The notes beneath the pieces are model-generated. The model saw nothing but the letters and a program-made list of their open reading frames with translations, was not told the origin of the DNA and searched no databases. Position numbers and translations under genes: made by a program. A stretch of 64,000 nucleotides of DNA from Octopus sinensis (lineage: Eukaryota): NCBI RefSeq assembly GCF_006345805.1, contig NC_043016.1, forward strand, positions 3,968,001-4,032,000, in the 5' to 3' direction. Below, piece by piece: positions 49,946-61,750 of the stretch; position 1 is the stretch's first letter, and each line of letters begins with the position of its first letter.

Positions 49946-50237
49946 TGTTATTTTAAATCGATCTTTGGCTTTGATGAATAAATGCGTCTTCTATCAGCAG
50001 AATTATTATTCAGAATCTATAATACAGCTATTAAGGAAAATAAAGATTAACATTTTTCCTATAAAGAAATTTTTCTTTAATTTACGAATAGAAAAAATTG
50101 TTTTTATTTTTAAAAATTAAAGAAATGCTGTATGATATAATTTTTTTTAAATTTAAGAAAACAATGATATTCAGAGGAAACCCGGCAAAATCGAAAATTC
50201 AGCTGGAAGCGAAGTTGAGACTTGAGTGGCGACTCAG

Positions 50238-50247
50238 TGCGCATGCG
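50238..50247. promoter_or_regulatory. NRF1-type motif TGCGCATGCG in a CpG-containing promoter region
   Basis: Matches the core of the YGCGCAYGCGCR consensus, about 20 nt upstream of the ATG at 50267. Confidence 0.6.
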
Positions 50248-50266
50248 TTAAAGTACAAAACGGAAC

Positions 50267-50515
50267 ATGGCTTCCCGACTTTTTCGACGGAGTCTTCAGT
50301 CTATATTAAAGAACAATGTTTACTTAAACCATTCTGGACAAAGCTGGAATCATTTCAATGCAGCAAAGACAACGGCAGCTGCTTTCGTTGTACCTACATT
50401 GGGTTATTTGGCTTGGAACGAATGGCGCAAAAGATCTGAGACGAGTGGCGGAGCGCTGTGCGTTGCTCAATGTACGTCGAAGGCGAGAGGCGATGCCACC
50501 ACATCTGCATCTCAG
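50267..50515 (+). CDS. First coding exon of a probable nuclear-encoded mitochondrial protein (identity unknown); intron runs beyond
   Basis: Context aacATGg; MASRLFRRSLQSILK is Arg/Ser-rich with no acidic residues, followed by the hydrophobic stretch AAAFVVPTLGYLAW; 83 codons end at CAG|GTAAGT (phase 0); non-repetitive and CpG-rich. Confidence 0.8.
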
Positions 50516-51734
50516 GTAAGTTTCTGCTTTAGCTTCTCTCCTCTTTCAGTTTTGTTGTTGTCTAGGTTTTAACTATTTATTTCACACTCCACACTAAGTA
50601 TTGTATGTAGTAAAAATATTAAAAAGGTAACGAAAATAGAACGAAATTAATAGGTAATGAAATTACCGAATCGTGTTCTGTTTTTGTTTTGGTTCGTTTC
50701 GTTTATCTTCTGTCAGTTATGACATGTTTATCATTTATTTAACTGTCATCATTTGTTGTTATTGTGTAAAAAGAGGGAAATGAAATTAAGGTCGAATGAA
50801 AAAAAAGCAACAAAAAACTGAATATAAACAAATGCATTATTAAATATTTTAAACGAAAAGACGGTTCGTTCCCTGACACCGCTTATATTCTGCTTTTCAT
50901 ATACAAATTAAGCAATGTGTATATATATATTTGAATACCCTACATTTTATTTACCGTATTATATTAAGTTTTACGTATTACATACAGCTACAGGTCATAT
51001 TCTGTGTTCGTTATAATGGAATTTCTATTTGTAATTTCGTTACTGTATAAAATAAAGCTATTGCAATTAATAAGGAATACAGTATTATTAATGGACTAAT
51101 TAAAACAACTGGACACCATTATGTGTGAAAGGAAGGAAATTATCAAAATATTGCAGCCTGGTATTTCGAGGGAGAAAACAAATAGCAAATACTACAACCT
51201 CTCTGCTAATAATAATAGCTATGTGTGAGTGTGTGTTGATTCTTACTGCCAACTTAAACCGCCCACCCACCTTTTACTCACCTTAATTAATATTGTCTTG
51301 GAGATGGTTAATAATAGTTACAAGTTGTTCATATCTATTATCTAATTGTTTACAGTTTCTATCTAGCTCTCACCCCTCTCTCTTTCTCTCTCTCCTATAA
51401 ACATTCCAACTGACAAAAACCAACTAGAAAGCATTTTCAAACTGTCGTTGCTTTACATAAACGGCCTATCTGATACTATAAATACAGCGGCATTTTGTTG
51501 TAATGGTGGTGGTGGTGGTGGTAATAATGGGGTTATTAGTGTGTGTGTATGTGTATATATGTGAGCATATATGTACATGTGTGTGTGTGTGTGTAAACAT
51601 ACGTGTATATATATGTGTAGATATGTGTATATATATATATATATATATGTGTATATATATGTGCGTGAGTGTGTATATATATAGTTATATATACGTATAT
51701 ATATGTATATATATAAGTATGTATATATATATAT

Positions 51735-53365
51735 CATCATCGTTTAATGCCTGCTTTCTATGCTGGCATGGGTTGACTGAGGACTGGCGAACCAGATGGC
51801 TGCACCAGGCTCCAATCTGATCTGGCAAGGTCCCTACAGCTGGATGCCCTTCCTAACACCAACCACTCCGAGTGTGTAGTGGGTGCTTTTTACATACCAC
51901 CGGTATGAGGGCCAGTCAGGCAGTACTGGCATTGACCACACTTGAATGGGGCTTTTTACGTGCCTCTGGCATGGAAGCCAATCAGGTGGCACTGGCAACG
52001 ATCGAATGGTGTTTTTTACGAGCCACTGGCACAGGAGCAGGCAGGTGGCACTGGCATTGACCACATACGAATGTTGGGTTTTATGTGTCACTGGCACAGG
52101 TGCCAATCAGGCGGTACTGTCATCAGCCACGACAATGATTTCACTTGACTCAACAGGTCTTTGCAAGCACAGTTTATTGCCCAATGATTGAAGGGTACTC
52201 TCAAATGAGTCAGTTATGCTGCACTGGCATAGGTCATGGTTATCATTTCACTTGGCTTGCTGCGTTTTCTCAAGCATATCACCAAAGGTCTTGGTCACTT
52301 GTCATCACCTCCGTGAGGCCCAACATTCAAAAGTCCTGCTTTACCACCTCATCTCAGGTCTTCCTCTTCCATAGGTTCCCTCTGCTGCTAGGGTGTGACA
52401 CAGCTGTCCTCATCCATTTGCAACACATGACCATACCAGCTCAGTCGTCTCTTTTGCACACCACAACTGATGCTTCTTATGTCCAACTTTTCTTTCAGGG
52501 CACTTACACTCTATTGTGTATGCACACTGACATTACACATCCAGTAGTGCATACTAGCTTCATTACTTGCAAGCTTATGCTTGTCCTCAGCAGTCACAGC
52601 CCATGTTTCACTGCCTTTAGCTGTTTTCTGCACATTTTCAGTGTTTATTGCCCTGAGCATTTGTCACACACAAAAACTATCTTCCCAGTTAGCCTTCCTT
52701 TCATATTACTGCACCTCTTATGTGTCCATAGCTTACACCAGGTACATTTTATGGAGGTTCTACCTATGCCTTTTCTCCAGATCGAGCAGGGCCATCTACC
52801 TGAAGGTATTTGTTGTTTGTCTGCTTTCCTACTTATGACATTTGTTTTTGCTAGATTGACTCTAAGGCCCTTCGATTCTAGACCTTGCTTCTACATCTGA
52901 AACTTCTCGTCTCATTCTGATAGTGACTCAGAACTATTAGAACAAAGTCATCAGCATAGAGAAGCTCCCAGAGGCATCCTGTCTTGAATTCCCCTCCTAT
53001 TACCTGGCGGACTATGATGAATAAGAGGGGTCTGATCCTTGATGGACCCCTACCCAGAATTCTTCTCTGTACTTGTTGCCAACCCTCACCTTACTGACAG
53101 CATCCCTGTACATGGCTTGTACAGTTCTCACTAACCACTCATCTATCCCTGGTTTCTGCATTGACTACCAGATAAGAGATAAGGGGTGTCAAAGGCTTTC
53201 TCCATGTCAATGAAAGCCAGGTACTGAGGTTTATCTTTAGCTAGGTATTTCTCCTGCAGCTGTCTTACCAAAAATATAGCATCAGTGGTACTTTTCCCTG
53301 GCACAAGCCTAAACTGTATCTCCTCTAAACTGACTCTCTCCCTAATTAGTTGGGCTATGACCAGG
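51735..53365 (-). mobile_element. RTE LINE fragment (RT plus 3' UTR tandem repeats and tail), degenerate
   Basis: Minus strand VPGKSTTDAIFLVRQLQEKYLAKDKP.YLAFIDMEKAFD; antisense of the RTE C-terminus; (CAT)n at about 51735. Confidence 0.92.
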
Positions 53366-53589
53366 TTGTCTAGGTTAAAGATAATAATGAAATTTAAATG
53401 TACCTTCTAGATTACGCAGGTTACAACTGCTAGTAGCTGAGGTACAAACTTTCCACATTAATAACTCTCCAACCCATGCCACCATGGAACATAGATGTTA
53501 AGTGAAATGTTAAAAGCAAGTTTTCATCTCCTATATGTATATAAAGTAAATACACATAATTCAAAAACACCAAAAAACAAGTACAGATT

Positions 53590-54902
53590 ATAAGCAATGA
53601 AAGGCCAACTTTGGTGAGTCATTTGACAGAGGTAGTAGAGAACTAATCCGATAATAAATCTGATCTTGGATCTTGAAAGTTTACATGAATCCTGGCTCAG
53701 TTAAATCTCTTGTGGCTCCAAATGATGTCATCTGTAGTGCGGCATTGTATTGCCTAGTTTTGTTTTGGTAGTGCTTTGAATCTTGGTCAGTTGATGACAA
53801 CAGTTTCTTCAATGGCTCTGGAGGTAGGAGGATTGCAGGAACTTTAACCTTTTCACCACGGCAGCAGAGTGCAGGTGTCTCTCCAGGCCACTTCTTTGCT
53901 TTACAATGTTTGCAGTCAGCTGTCATTGCACCAGTGGAAACTCTAGTGTCATCTACATAATGAACTGCTGGATCATAATTAAAAACTGCTTCTCTGATCT
54001 GTTGCAACTGTTCTTCGTTCTGCAGTAGATATTCTGTTCCTTGTCAGCTGTGCATACTTCTGCTCATAACTTTGAGATGCTCTGGCTTTTATAGTGCACA
54101 GTCTATTCATTTCTTGGTATACTTCCCTTTCTACAGTTGTCTCTCTTTCCCTAGACAGAGACATTCTTTTGGCTGACCTTGACATTGTAGACAAATTTGA
54201 CACTTTCCTTCTAGGCATGGTTATATGTGTATACAGAAATACATAGGTGCAGAAGATAGTAAACAATGAAAATAACTGGGTACGGAAATTATATTTGTAA
54301 ATATGACGCAGAAAATACAGAATTGTACGGGTTGAAACGAAATTTGTCACTTAGTGAACCAAAGGGCCATTATCAAAGGAACCAGAAAAAGGCCATTAAC
54401 AACAGAAAGACACAAAACCATTGCAAAAGTAAATAAGAAATTTTAGGGAAATTAACTAAGTGTACGAATTTAAGTGAAATTTTTGAAGTTACTTCTGTCA
54501 GTAAATTATGAACTTGATTTTATCAGTAATTCTATCAACAAAAAACCCCCGAAAAAACACAAAACATTGCAAAAGTAAATTAGAAATTTGTAGGTAAATT
54601 GTCAGTTAATTATGTATGAAATTACTTTCATCAGTAATTATGAACTTCTTTCTGTAATTTGTCGTTGTTGTTTGTAAACAGTGATTGAAAACTTACAGTG
54701 AAAGCAATAGCAATTGAACTTCAAGTAAAAATAGTGTCTGAAAAATGAAAGTGAAAACAATAGAGAATGAGTGATATTTATATATATATATAGAAAGAGA
54801 GAGCTAGCTAGTTAAACAAATAAGATAGATACAGAGAGAGAGATAGAGAGATATAGATGCGCATGAAAAGCAAATAGACACATCTCTATTTTATATATTA
54901 GA
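53590..54902 (-). mobile_element. Helitron 5' portion with a RepHel N-terminal fragment
   Basis: Terminus A|TCTAATATATAAAA at 54902; CKHCKAKKWPGETPALCCRGEKVKVP..PPEPLKKLL...YNAALQMTSFGA and TFKIQDQIY, with frameshifts and stops. Confidence 0.9.
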
Positions 54903-55284
54903 TGATATTGTGATAATTTTTGGACCAATGGATGTAAGGGAGACAATCAATTTCTGAAAGTTATTTTGCATAGAGTTCCCTCCCTTCTCCATGTAACACA
55001 GGAACTGGTATTTTCTGCCGCTGGGGCCCTGTTACTCATTATCTAAAACCATCCCTGGAATATAAGTAATGTTCCAAGCATGGAGAAAATCAGTTGAAAA
55101 ATACAGCTGTTATAATCTTACACACACATAGAGAATGTTATATATATATGTGTGTGTGTGTGTATATATGTGTATGTATATTTTAGTGCATATTCTTGTA
55201 GTTACTGTTAAATATATCATACTAGTATTTAATATTAATTACATATTACAAAAACGATGTTTTCATTATATATATATATATATA

Positions 55285-56525
55285 AAGAGGTGCAGCAACA
55301 TCAAAGGGAAATTAACTTATACGATAGCTTTCATGTGCAGCAGATGCACAGGGACAATAGACACCACAGATACTCAGAAAACAGATTCCATCACACTCCG
55401 GGAGGGGGAGAAACTAGAAGTAGTTGATAGTTTCCGCTACCTGGGTGACCAAGTTAGTAGTGGAGGGGGATGCTCAGAGAGTGTCACCACTAGAATACGA
55501 ATAGCCTGGGCAAAGTTCAGAAAGCTCCTACCCCTACTGGCGACAAAGGGTCTCTCACTCAAAGTGAAAAGTAGATTGTATGACGCATGTGTGCGAACTG
55601 CCATGCTTCATGGTAGTGAAACATGGACTGTGACTGCAGAGGACATGCCTAGACTTGAAAGGAATGAAGCTAGCATGATCCGCTGGATGTATAATGTCAG
55701 TGTGCATGCACGACAGAGGGTAAGCACCCTGAGAGAAATGCTGGACATAAGAAGCATCAGATGTGGTGTGCAAGAGCGACGCTTGCGATGGTATGGTCAT
55801 GTACTGCGGATGGATGAGGAGAGATGTGTGAAGAAGTGCCACTCCCAAACAGTTGAAGGTATCAGGGGGAGAGGTAGACCCAGGAAGACATGGGATGAGG
55901 TAGTCAAGCATGACCTCAAAGCGTTGGGCCTCACTGAGGCAATGGCGTAGGACCGAGATCTCTGGAGATATGTTGTGACTGCAAAGACCCGGGCTGCTTC
56001 CTGCACCAGTTCCGCATAGCCCCTGCCCATTCAAAGTACCTTGGATTCCAGAACATCCCGCTGTGCTTGAGGAGACCTGTTGAGTCAAGTACATGAACAT
56101 CGAAATAAATATCAATGGAAATAGTAGTTGTGATACCTGTGCCGGTGGCACATAAAAAGCACCATCTGAACGTGGCCGTTGCCAGCACCGCCTCGACTGG
56201 CTTCTGTGCCTGTGGCACATAAAAAGCATCATCCGAACGTGGCCGATGCCAGCGTCGCCTTGGCTGGCTTCCGTGTCGGTGGCACATTAGAAGCACCAAC
56301 CAATCTTGGCCGATACCGGACTCCCCTGGCACCTTTGCAGGTGGCACGTAAAAAGCACCCACTACATTCGCGGAGTGGTTGGCGTTAGGATGGGCATCCA
56401 GCTGTAGAAACACTGCCAGATCAGACTGGAGCCTGGTGCAGCCCCTGGCCTCCCAGACCCCTGTCGAACCGTCCAACCCATGCTAGAGCGGATAACAGAC
56501 GTTAGATAATGATGATGATGATGAT
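55285..56525 (+). mobile_element. 5'-truncated RTE LINE (related subfamily) with tandem-repeat UTR
   Basis: GEKLEVVDSFRYLGDQ...GSETW...RRLRWYGH...RGRPRKTWDEVV; UTR repeats and (GAT)n tail. Confidence 0.93.
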
Positions 56526-56759
56526 GATATATATATACATACATATATATATACATACATACTATATATATACATATATATATATATATACATATATATA
56601 TACATACATATATATATATAATACATATATATTATAATACATATATATATACATACATATATATATATAATACATATATATATACATACATATATATATA
56701 ATACATATATATATACATACATACATATATATATACATACATATATATATTATACATAC

Positions 56760-56793
<34 letters not shown>

Positions 56794-56836
56794 GTATATA
56801 TATATGTATATATATATATATGTATATATATTGTAT

Positions 56837-56889
<53 letters not shown>

Positions 56890-57294
56890 TACTACTTCCT
56901 GTTTTGCCAACATCCTAAATTAACCCAAACAACACATTGCCTTAATCCCATTGGATCCTAATACCTCAAGGTAATTTTTTCATGAACAATCATTAAACTC
57001 AAGATACACAACGAACTCACAATGTATCGAGAGTACTTATTTTTAATTTTTATACATATTTTCTACTATTATTCTTTTGCAAAAAACAATGCAACTTTTT
57101 TTCCCCTTTCTCATTTTTAAAAAACCTTTTCACCTAACTATTCTTGATAAGTCAAACTATGACGAAAATCGGTTGAATAAATATACATTTATATTTTTTC
57201 ATTTTCTCAATTCATTAAAATTTTCTTTCAATCGAGCATTCTGCATTTTTACAATTTTTCATTGCTATATATACATATATATATATATATAATT

Positions 57295-57320
<26 letters not shown>

Positions 57321-57327
<7 letters not shown>

Positions 57328-58073
57328 TGTAAAAATGAAGTTCGAAAATGCTGCTGTATTATACAATTTTTAATTTTTATATATACATTATAACATGTTT
57401 CAGTTCCTGAAATGAACCTTATCAAAAAAGCTATTTATAAAAAGAGACAGCTCATGCCGTCAAACACAAGAAATTCATTTTTATACACAACGGAGTCAGA
57501 CATCTTAGAGTTCATGTATAGTTGATATATAGTTCATGTATGTTGATATATAGTTTGAAGTATATGTTCAAAGTGTTCGATGCAGTGGCCCACGGTGGCG
57601 ATACGTATTCAATACAAAAAACAGATCAAAGTGGTGGAAAGCGGTCAATACAGAAGATTGATGTTTCCGAAAGAGCGAGGAATTCATTTTTACCTTAAAG
57701 GTAAAAATGAATTCCTCGCATCTTCGGAAACATCAATCTTCTGTATTGACCGCTTTCCACCACTTTGATCTGTTTTTTGTATTGAATACGTATCGCCACC
57801 GTGGGCCACTGCATCGAACACTTTGAACATATACTTCAAATATATCAACTATACATGAACTATATATCAACTATACATGAACTCTAAGATGTCTGACTCC
57901 GTTGTGTATAAAAAATGAATTTCTTGTGTTTGACGGCATGAGCTGTCTCTTTTATATATAGCTTTTTTTGATAAGGTTCATTTCAGGAACTGAAACATGT
58001 TATAATGTATATATAAAAATTAAAAATTGTATAAACAGCAGCATTTTCGAACTTCATTTTTTACAAATATATA
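57321..58073. repeat. 753-bp near-perfect palindrome with a 1-nt centre at 57697
   Basis: Arms are reverse complements with only a few indels and substitutions. Confidence 0.95.
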
Positions 58074-58123
58074 CCTACTCGTATACGAGCTAATCCTATT
58101 ATAAATATATATATATATATATA

Positions 58124-58223
58124 NNNNNNNNNNNNNNNNNNNNNNNNNNNNNNNNNNNNNNNNNNNNNNNNNNNNNNNNNNNNNNNNNNNNNNNNNNNNN
58201 NNNNNNNNNNNNNNNNNNNNNNN
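58124..58223. other. Scaffold gap (100 N)
   Basis: Directly visible. Confidence 1.
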
Positions 58224-58639
58224 TATATATATGTATGTATGTGTGTATATATATGTGTGTATATATATATGTATGTAGTGTGTATTATATGTGTGTATAT
58301 ATATATGTATGTATGTGTGTATATATATATGTGTATATTTATATATGTATATATGTGTAGATATAAATATATATATATTCGGATGGTGCTTTTTACGTCG
58401 AGGCGGCGCTGGCAATCGCCACGATTCGGATAGTGCTTTTTACGTATCTCTAGTCCAGGGGTCCTGGCCTCTGCCGGGTGCCAGTCATAGGATTGGTTCA
58501 ATTTCGATTTCGACTTCACTTGCCCTAACAGGTCTTCGCAAGCAAAGGGGGGTTGGCATAGGTGCCTGTCGTCGGATGAGGTTCGATATCGACTTCGCTT
58601 GCCTCAACAGGTCTTTGTGTGTCCAAGGGAGGAAAGGCA

Positions 58640-59455
58640 TGCATAAGTGGACTGGATACACTGGCCCAGGAAGAATTGCAATCCCTGAGTCAAAATCAGT
58701 GTGTGACCTGGGCATTGACATGAGCAATGATGCATCTTTCCAAGTGCATATTGCTAATCTGGTGATAAAATGCAGACGGCTAGCTGGATGGATTCTCCGA
58801 ACTTTCAGAAGAAGAGAGAAGGAGACACTGATGGTCCTATGGAAAACATTCGTCCTCAGCCGCTTGGACTACTGCTCCCAACTGTGGTCAACACACAATA
58901 TAAAACTAACAGCAGAACTCGAAGCAATTCAGAGAAGCTACACAAAGAAAATTGTCTCAATGCAAAATATCAGCTACTGGGAAAGACTGAAGGTATTAAA
59001 CCTCTTCTCCCTAGAGCGGAGGTGGTGGAGAGACATGCGGTGATATGATATACATCTGGAAAATCCTGGAGGGTCTTGTCCCAACTTTGGCATTCGAAGT
59101 TACTCCACCAACGCAGAATGGGGCGCCACTGCATGGTGCCAAAGATTCAACATCACCATCAAAATACAGGTCCAGATACTGCAACAGCTTGGGTTTCAGA
59201 GGACCACAGCTCTTTAACATCCTCCTAAATGCCTGAGAGACTTACATGGTGTGGATGGGGGTTCTTTAAAACTAAACGGATCTCTCTTGTCGGGAGTCCC
59301 AGATGAACCTACCTCACGACAGGAGACGCGGATGCGGGCAGCAGCATCGAACTCCCTTGTTGATCAAGTGCCACGTATCAGAGGTGGATTCACAAATTAG
59401 TGTAGTTCATCAGCAGTGGTGCCCCAGCATGGCCGCGGCCTTTGGGCTGAAAAAA
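58640..59455 (+). mobile_element. 5'-truncated CR1-like LINE 3' end (same family as 34314)
   Basis: VCDLGID, SRLDYCSQLW, LEAIQRSYTK, SYWERLKVLNLFSLERR, IYIWKILEG, GFRGPQLFNIL. Confidence 0.92.
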
Positions 59456-59474
59456 TTTTTAAGGATTTAAGGAT

Positions 59475-60095
59475 TATATGTGTATATATATATATGTGTA
59501 TATATATATATATATGCATATATGTGTATATATATATATGCATATATGTGTATATATATATATGCATATATGTGTATATATATATATATGCATATATGTG
59601 TATATATATATATGCATATATGTGTATATATATATATGCATATATGTGTATATATATATATGCATATATGTGTATATATATGTGTATATATATGTGTATA
59701 TATGTGTATATATATGTGTATATATGTATATATGTGTATATATATATATGTATGTATATCTGTGTGTATATATATATATGTATGTATATCTGTGCATATA
59801 TATATATGTATGTATATCTGTGTATATATATATATGTATGTATATCTGTGCATATATATATATGTAGTATATCTGTGTATATATATATATGTATGTATAT
59901 CTGTATATATATATATGTATGTATATCTGTGTATATATAATATATATATATATATGCATATATATGTATAGATATGTGTATATTATTTGTGTATATATGT
60001 ATATATATGTATGTATATATGTGTTATATATGATATATATGTATGTATATATGTATATAATATATATATATATATAGATATATATATATATAGTA
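59475..60095. repeat. Complex TA/TG/CA micro- and minisatellite
   Basis: Repeated tatatatatgcatatatgtg-type units; similar tracts at 56530-56890 and many shorter (TA)n. Confidence 0.95.
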
Positions 60096-60176
60096 AACAA
60101 TTGTAGCGTGGAAGGTGTTTATAAGCCATTTAAGAAACACAAAAACCGTTAGATTCACTTCAACATATAAATTTAA

Positions 60177-60227
60177 TTTGTCAAAATATTTTCGTCGCTT
60201 TGAGACTGCTACCTGTTTACTGACAAA
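60177..60227 (-). ncRNA. Hammerhead-like motif with G3-C8 swap, degenerate
   Basis: Minus strand: tttgtca GTAAACA g gtagc agtctcaaa gcgac GAA AATATT T tgacaaa. Confidence 0.5.
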
Positions 60228-61681
60228 GCTTTGTGCTGCATCTCGTGATGCATATATATACTCATATATATATATATATATAGTGCATGATTAGAATATT
60301 TGGCGGCTATTTCTAAAATGGTAAACAACCATATAATATTCTCTCTTTGCCTTGTAAAAAAGTGATGTGGACATATACTCTGTGTGAATTGTGTGTGAAT
60401 GAGTACTGGGATAACAGTGTGATGTCTGCAGGCAACAGAGGACATGTAAAGTTAAATACAATAAAAATAGCCAGTTTAACTGCAGTGGACGGGAGGAATC
60501 CTGTTCAGGAATGTAGATTTATTTATCTTAATCTAAGAAACTAGTGCTTTGACCCTTGGAAGGACCTCAAAACATAGGAGGCATTTGCAGTCTTTAAGTT
60601 AAAGGGTCAGGAAATAGTACCTGGTCATCTGAGAAGAAAATAAAAGAAAACATAACATCACTGACATGGGTACCCGAGAAGCAGCAGCAGCAGCAGCAGC
60701 AGCAACACTTACATTCTAGACTACAAAAAGAACAGAAAAAAAATGTGTGGCTGAACGGTGAAATTTGACTTGCTATACACTACAACAACTAGTTCTCTCA
60801 TGTACCATTGATATAGTCTCTCTTCTTTTCTCTATTTAAAATTACATTTTTTATTTAAGGTTTGAGCTGTTAAAATAAGTTCCACTAATATCCGACAGGA
60901 TTAATTCAACTGGCCATACAGCTTCCCACCATCACTCATTTTAGAATTAGTCTTTAGCCAGTGAGGGTGTTTCTGTGTGGTTTCTTCATGTGCTTAAATT
61001 TCTTTCATATAATATGTATCATTTTATAAAAAAAGAAAAATCTAAATTGTGTAATTGGGTAATGTAATCAGGGAAACAAAGACTTAATCGAATTCTGGTA
61101 TTTCTTTGATCATAGGCCTGCTATATTAAGACTGACCAAGGGCTAAAAACATAGATTCAGTTCTTAACCCAAGTAATATAAATGTCCATATTTGCACTCC
61201 TATCTAACCTACGCGAACCTGAAAACATGCAATGGTTGTAATGCCAACCAAACACACATCATGTTTTAGTTTTTCTTTGTATACTACATTAGGAAACATG
61301 TCTAACTACAAAAGCACAGATAAAGGAGATGTGTGCTTTAATAACGGTAAAAACATTCAGAAAGATCTCTTGAAGGCTGTCTTGATGCCATCAGTCATGA
61401 AGATTGATTGACAGTTGAGAGATCTTAATCTCAACAGAAGATTGAAGATCAAAGTGAGTTTGAAATTCTTCAAGACTTAGGAAGACTTGAAGTAGAAACT
61501 TTTGGAATTAGGGAAAAAGGTGTGCTTGTATGTTTTTGCATTTGTGTGTGTATGTGTGGAGGAAGCATGTAAATCTGGTCTAGCAAGGGCTTCTTGTCAT
61601 GCTTGGCTTTTTTTTTGTGTCTTATGAAGTTATGCCAAAGATGTAAGAAATATATATATATATATACATACACACCACACG

Positions 61682-61750
<69 letters not shown>

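Noticed and set aside
52145-52900. 251-aa plus-strand ORF (and the similar 55555-56232 minus-strand ORF)
   Set aside because: These are antisense frames of RTE LINE sequence.
59416-60100. Long ORFs rich in Y/I/C/M/H (also at 32.1-32.5, 34.0-34.3, 38.2-38.5 and 56.4-56.9 kb)
   Set aside because: They are translations of TA/TG microsatellites that happen to lack stops, not proteins.
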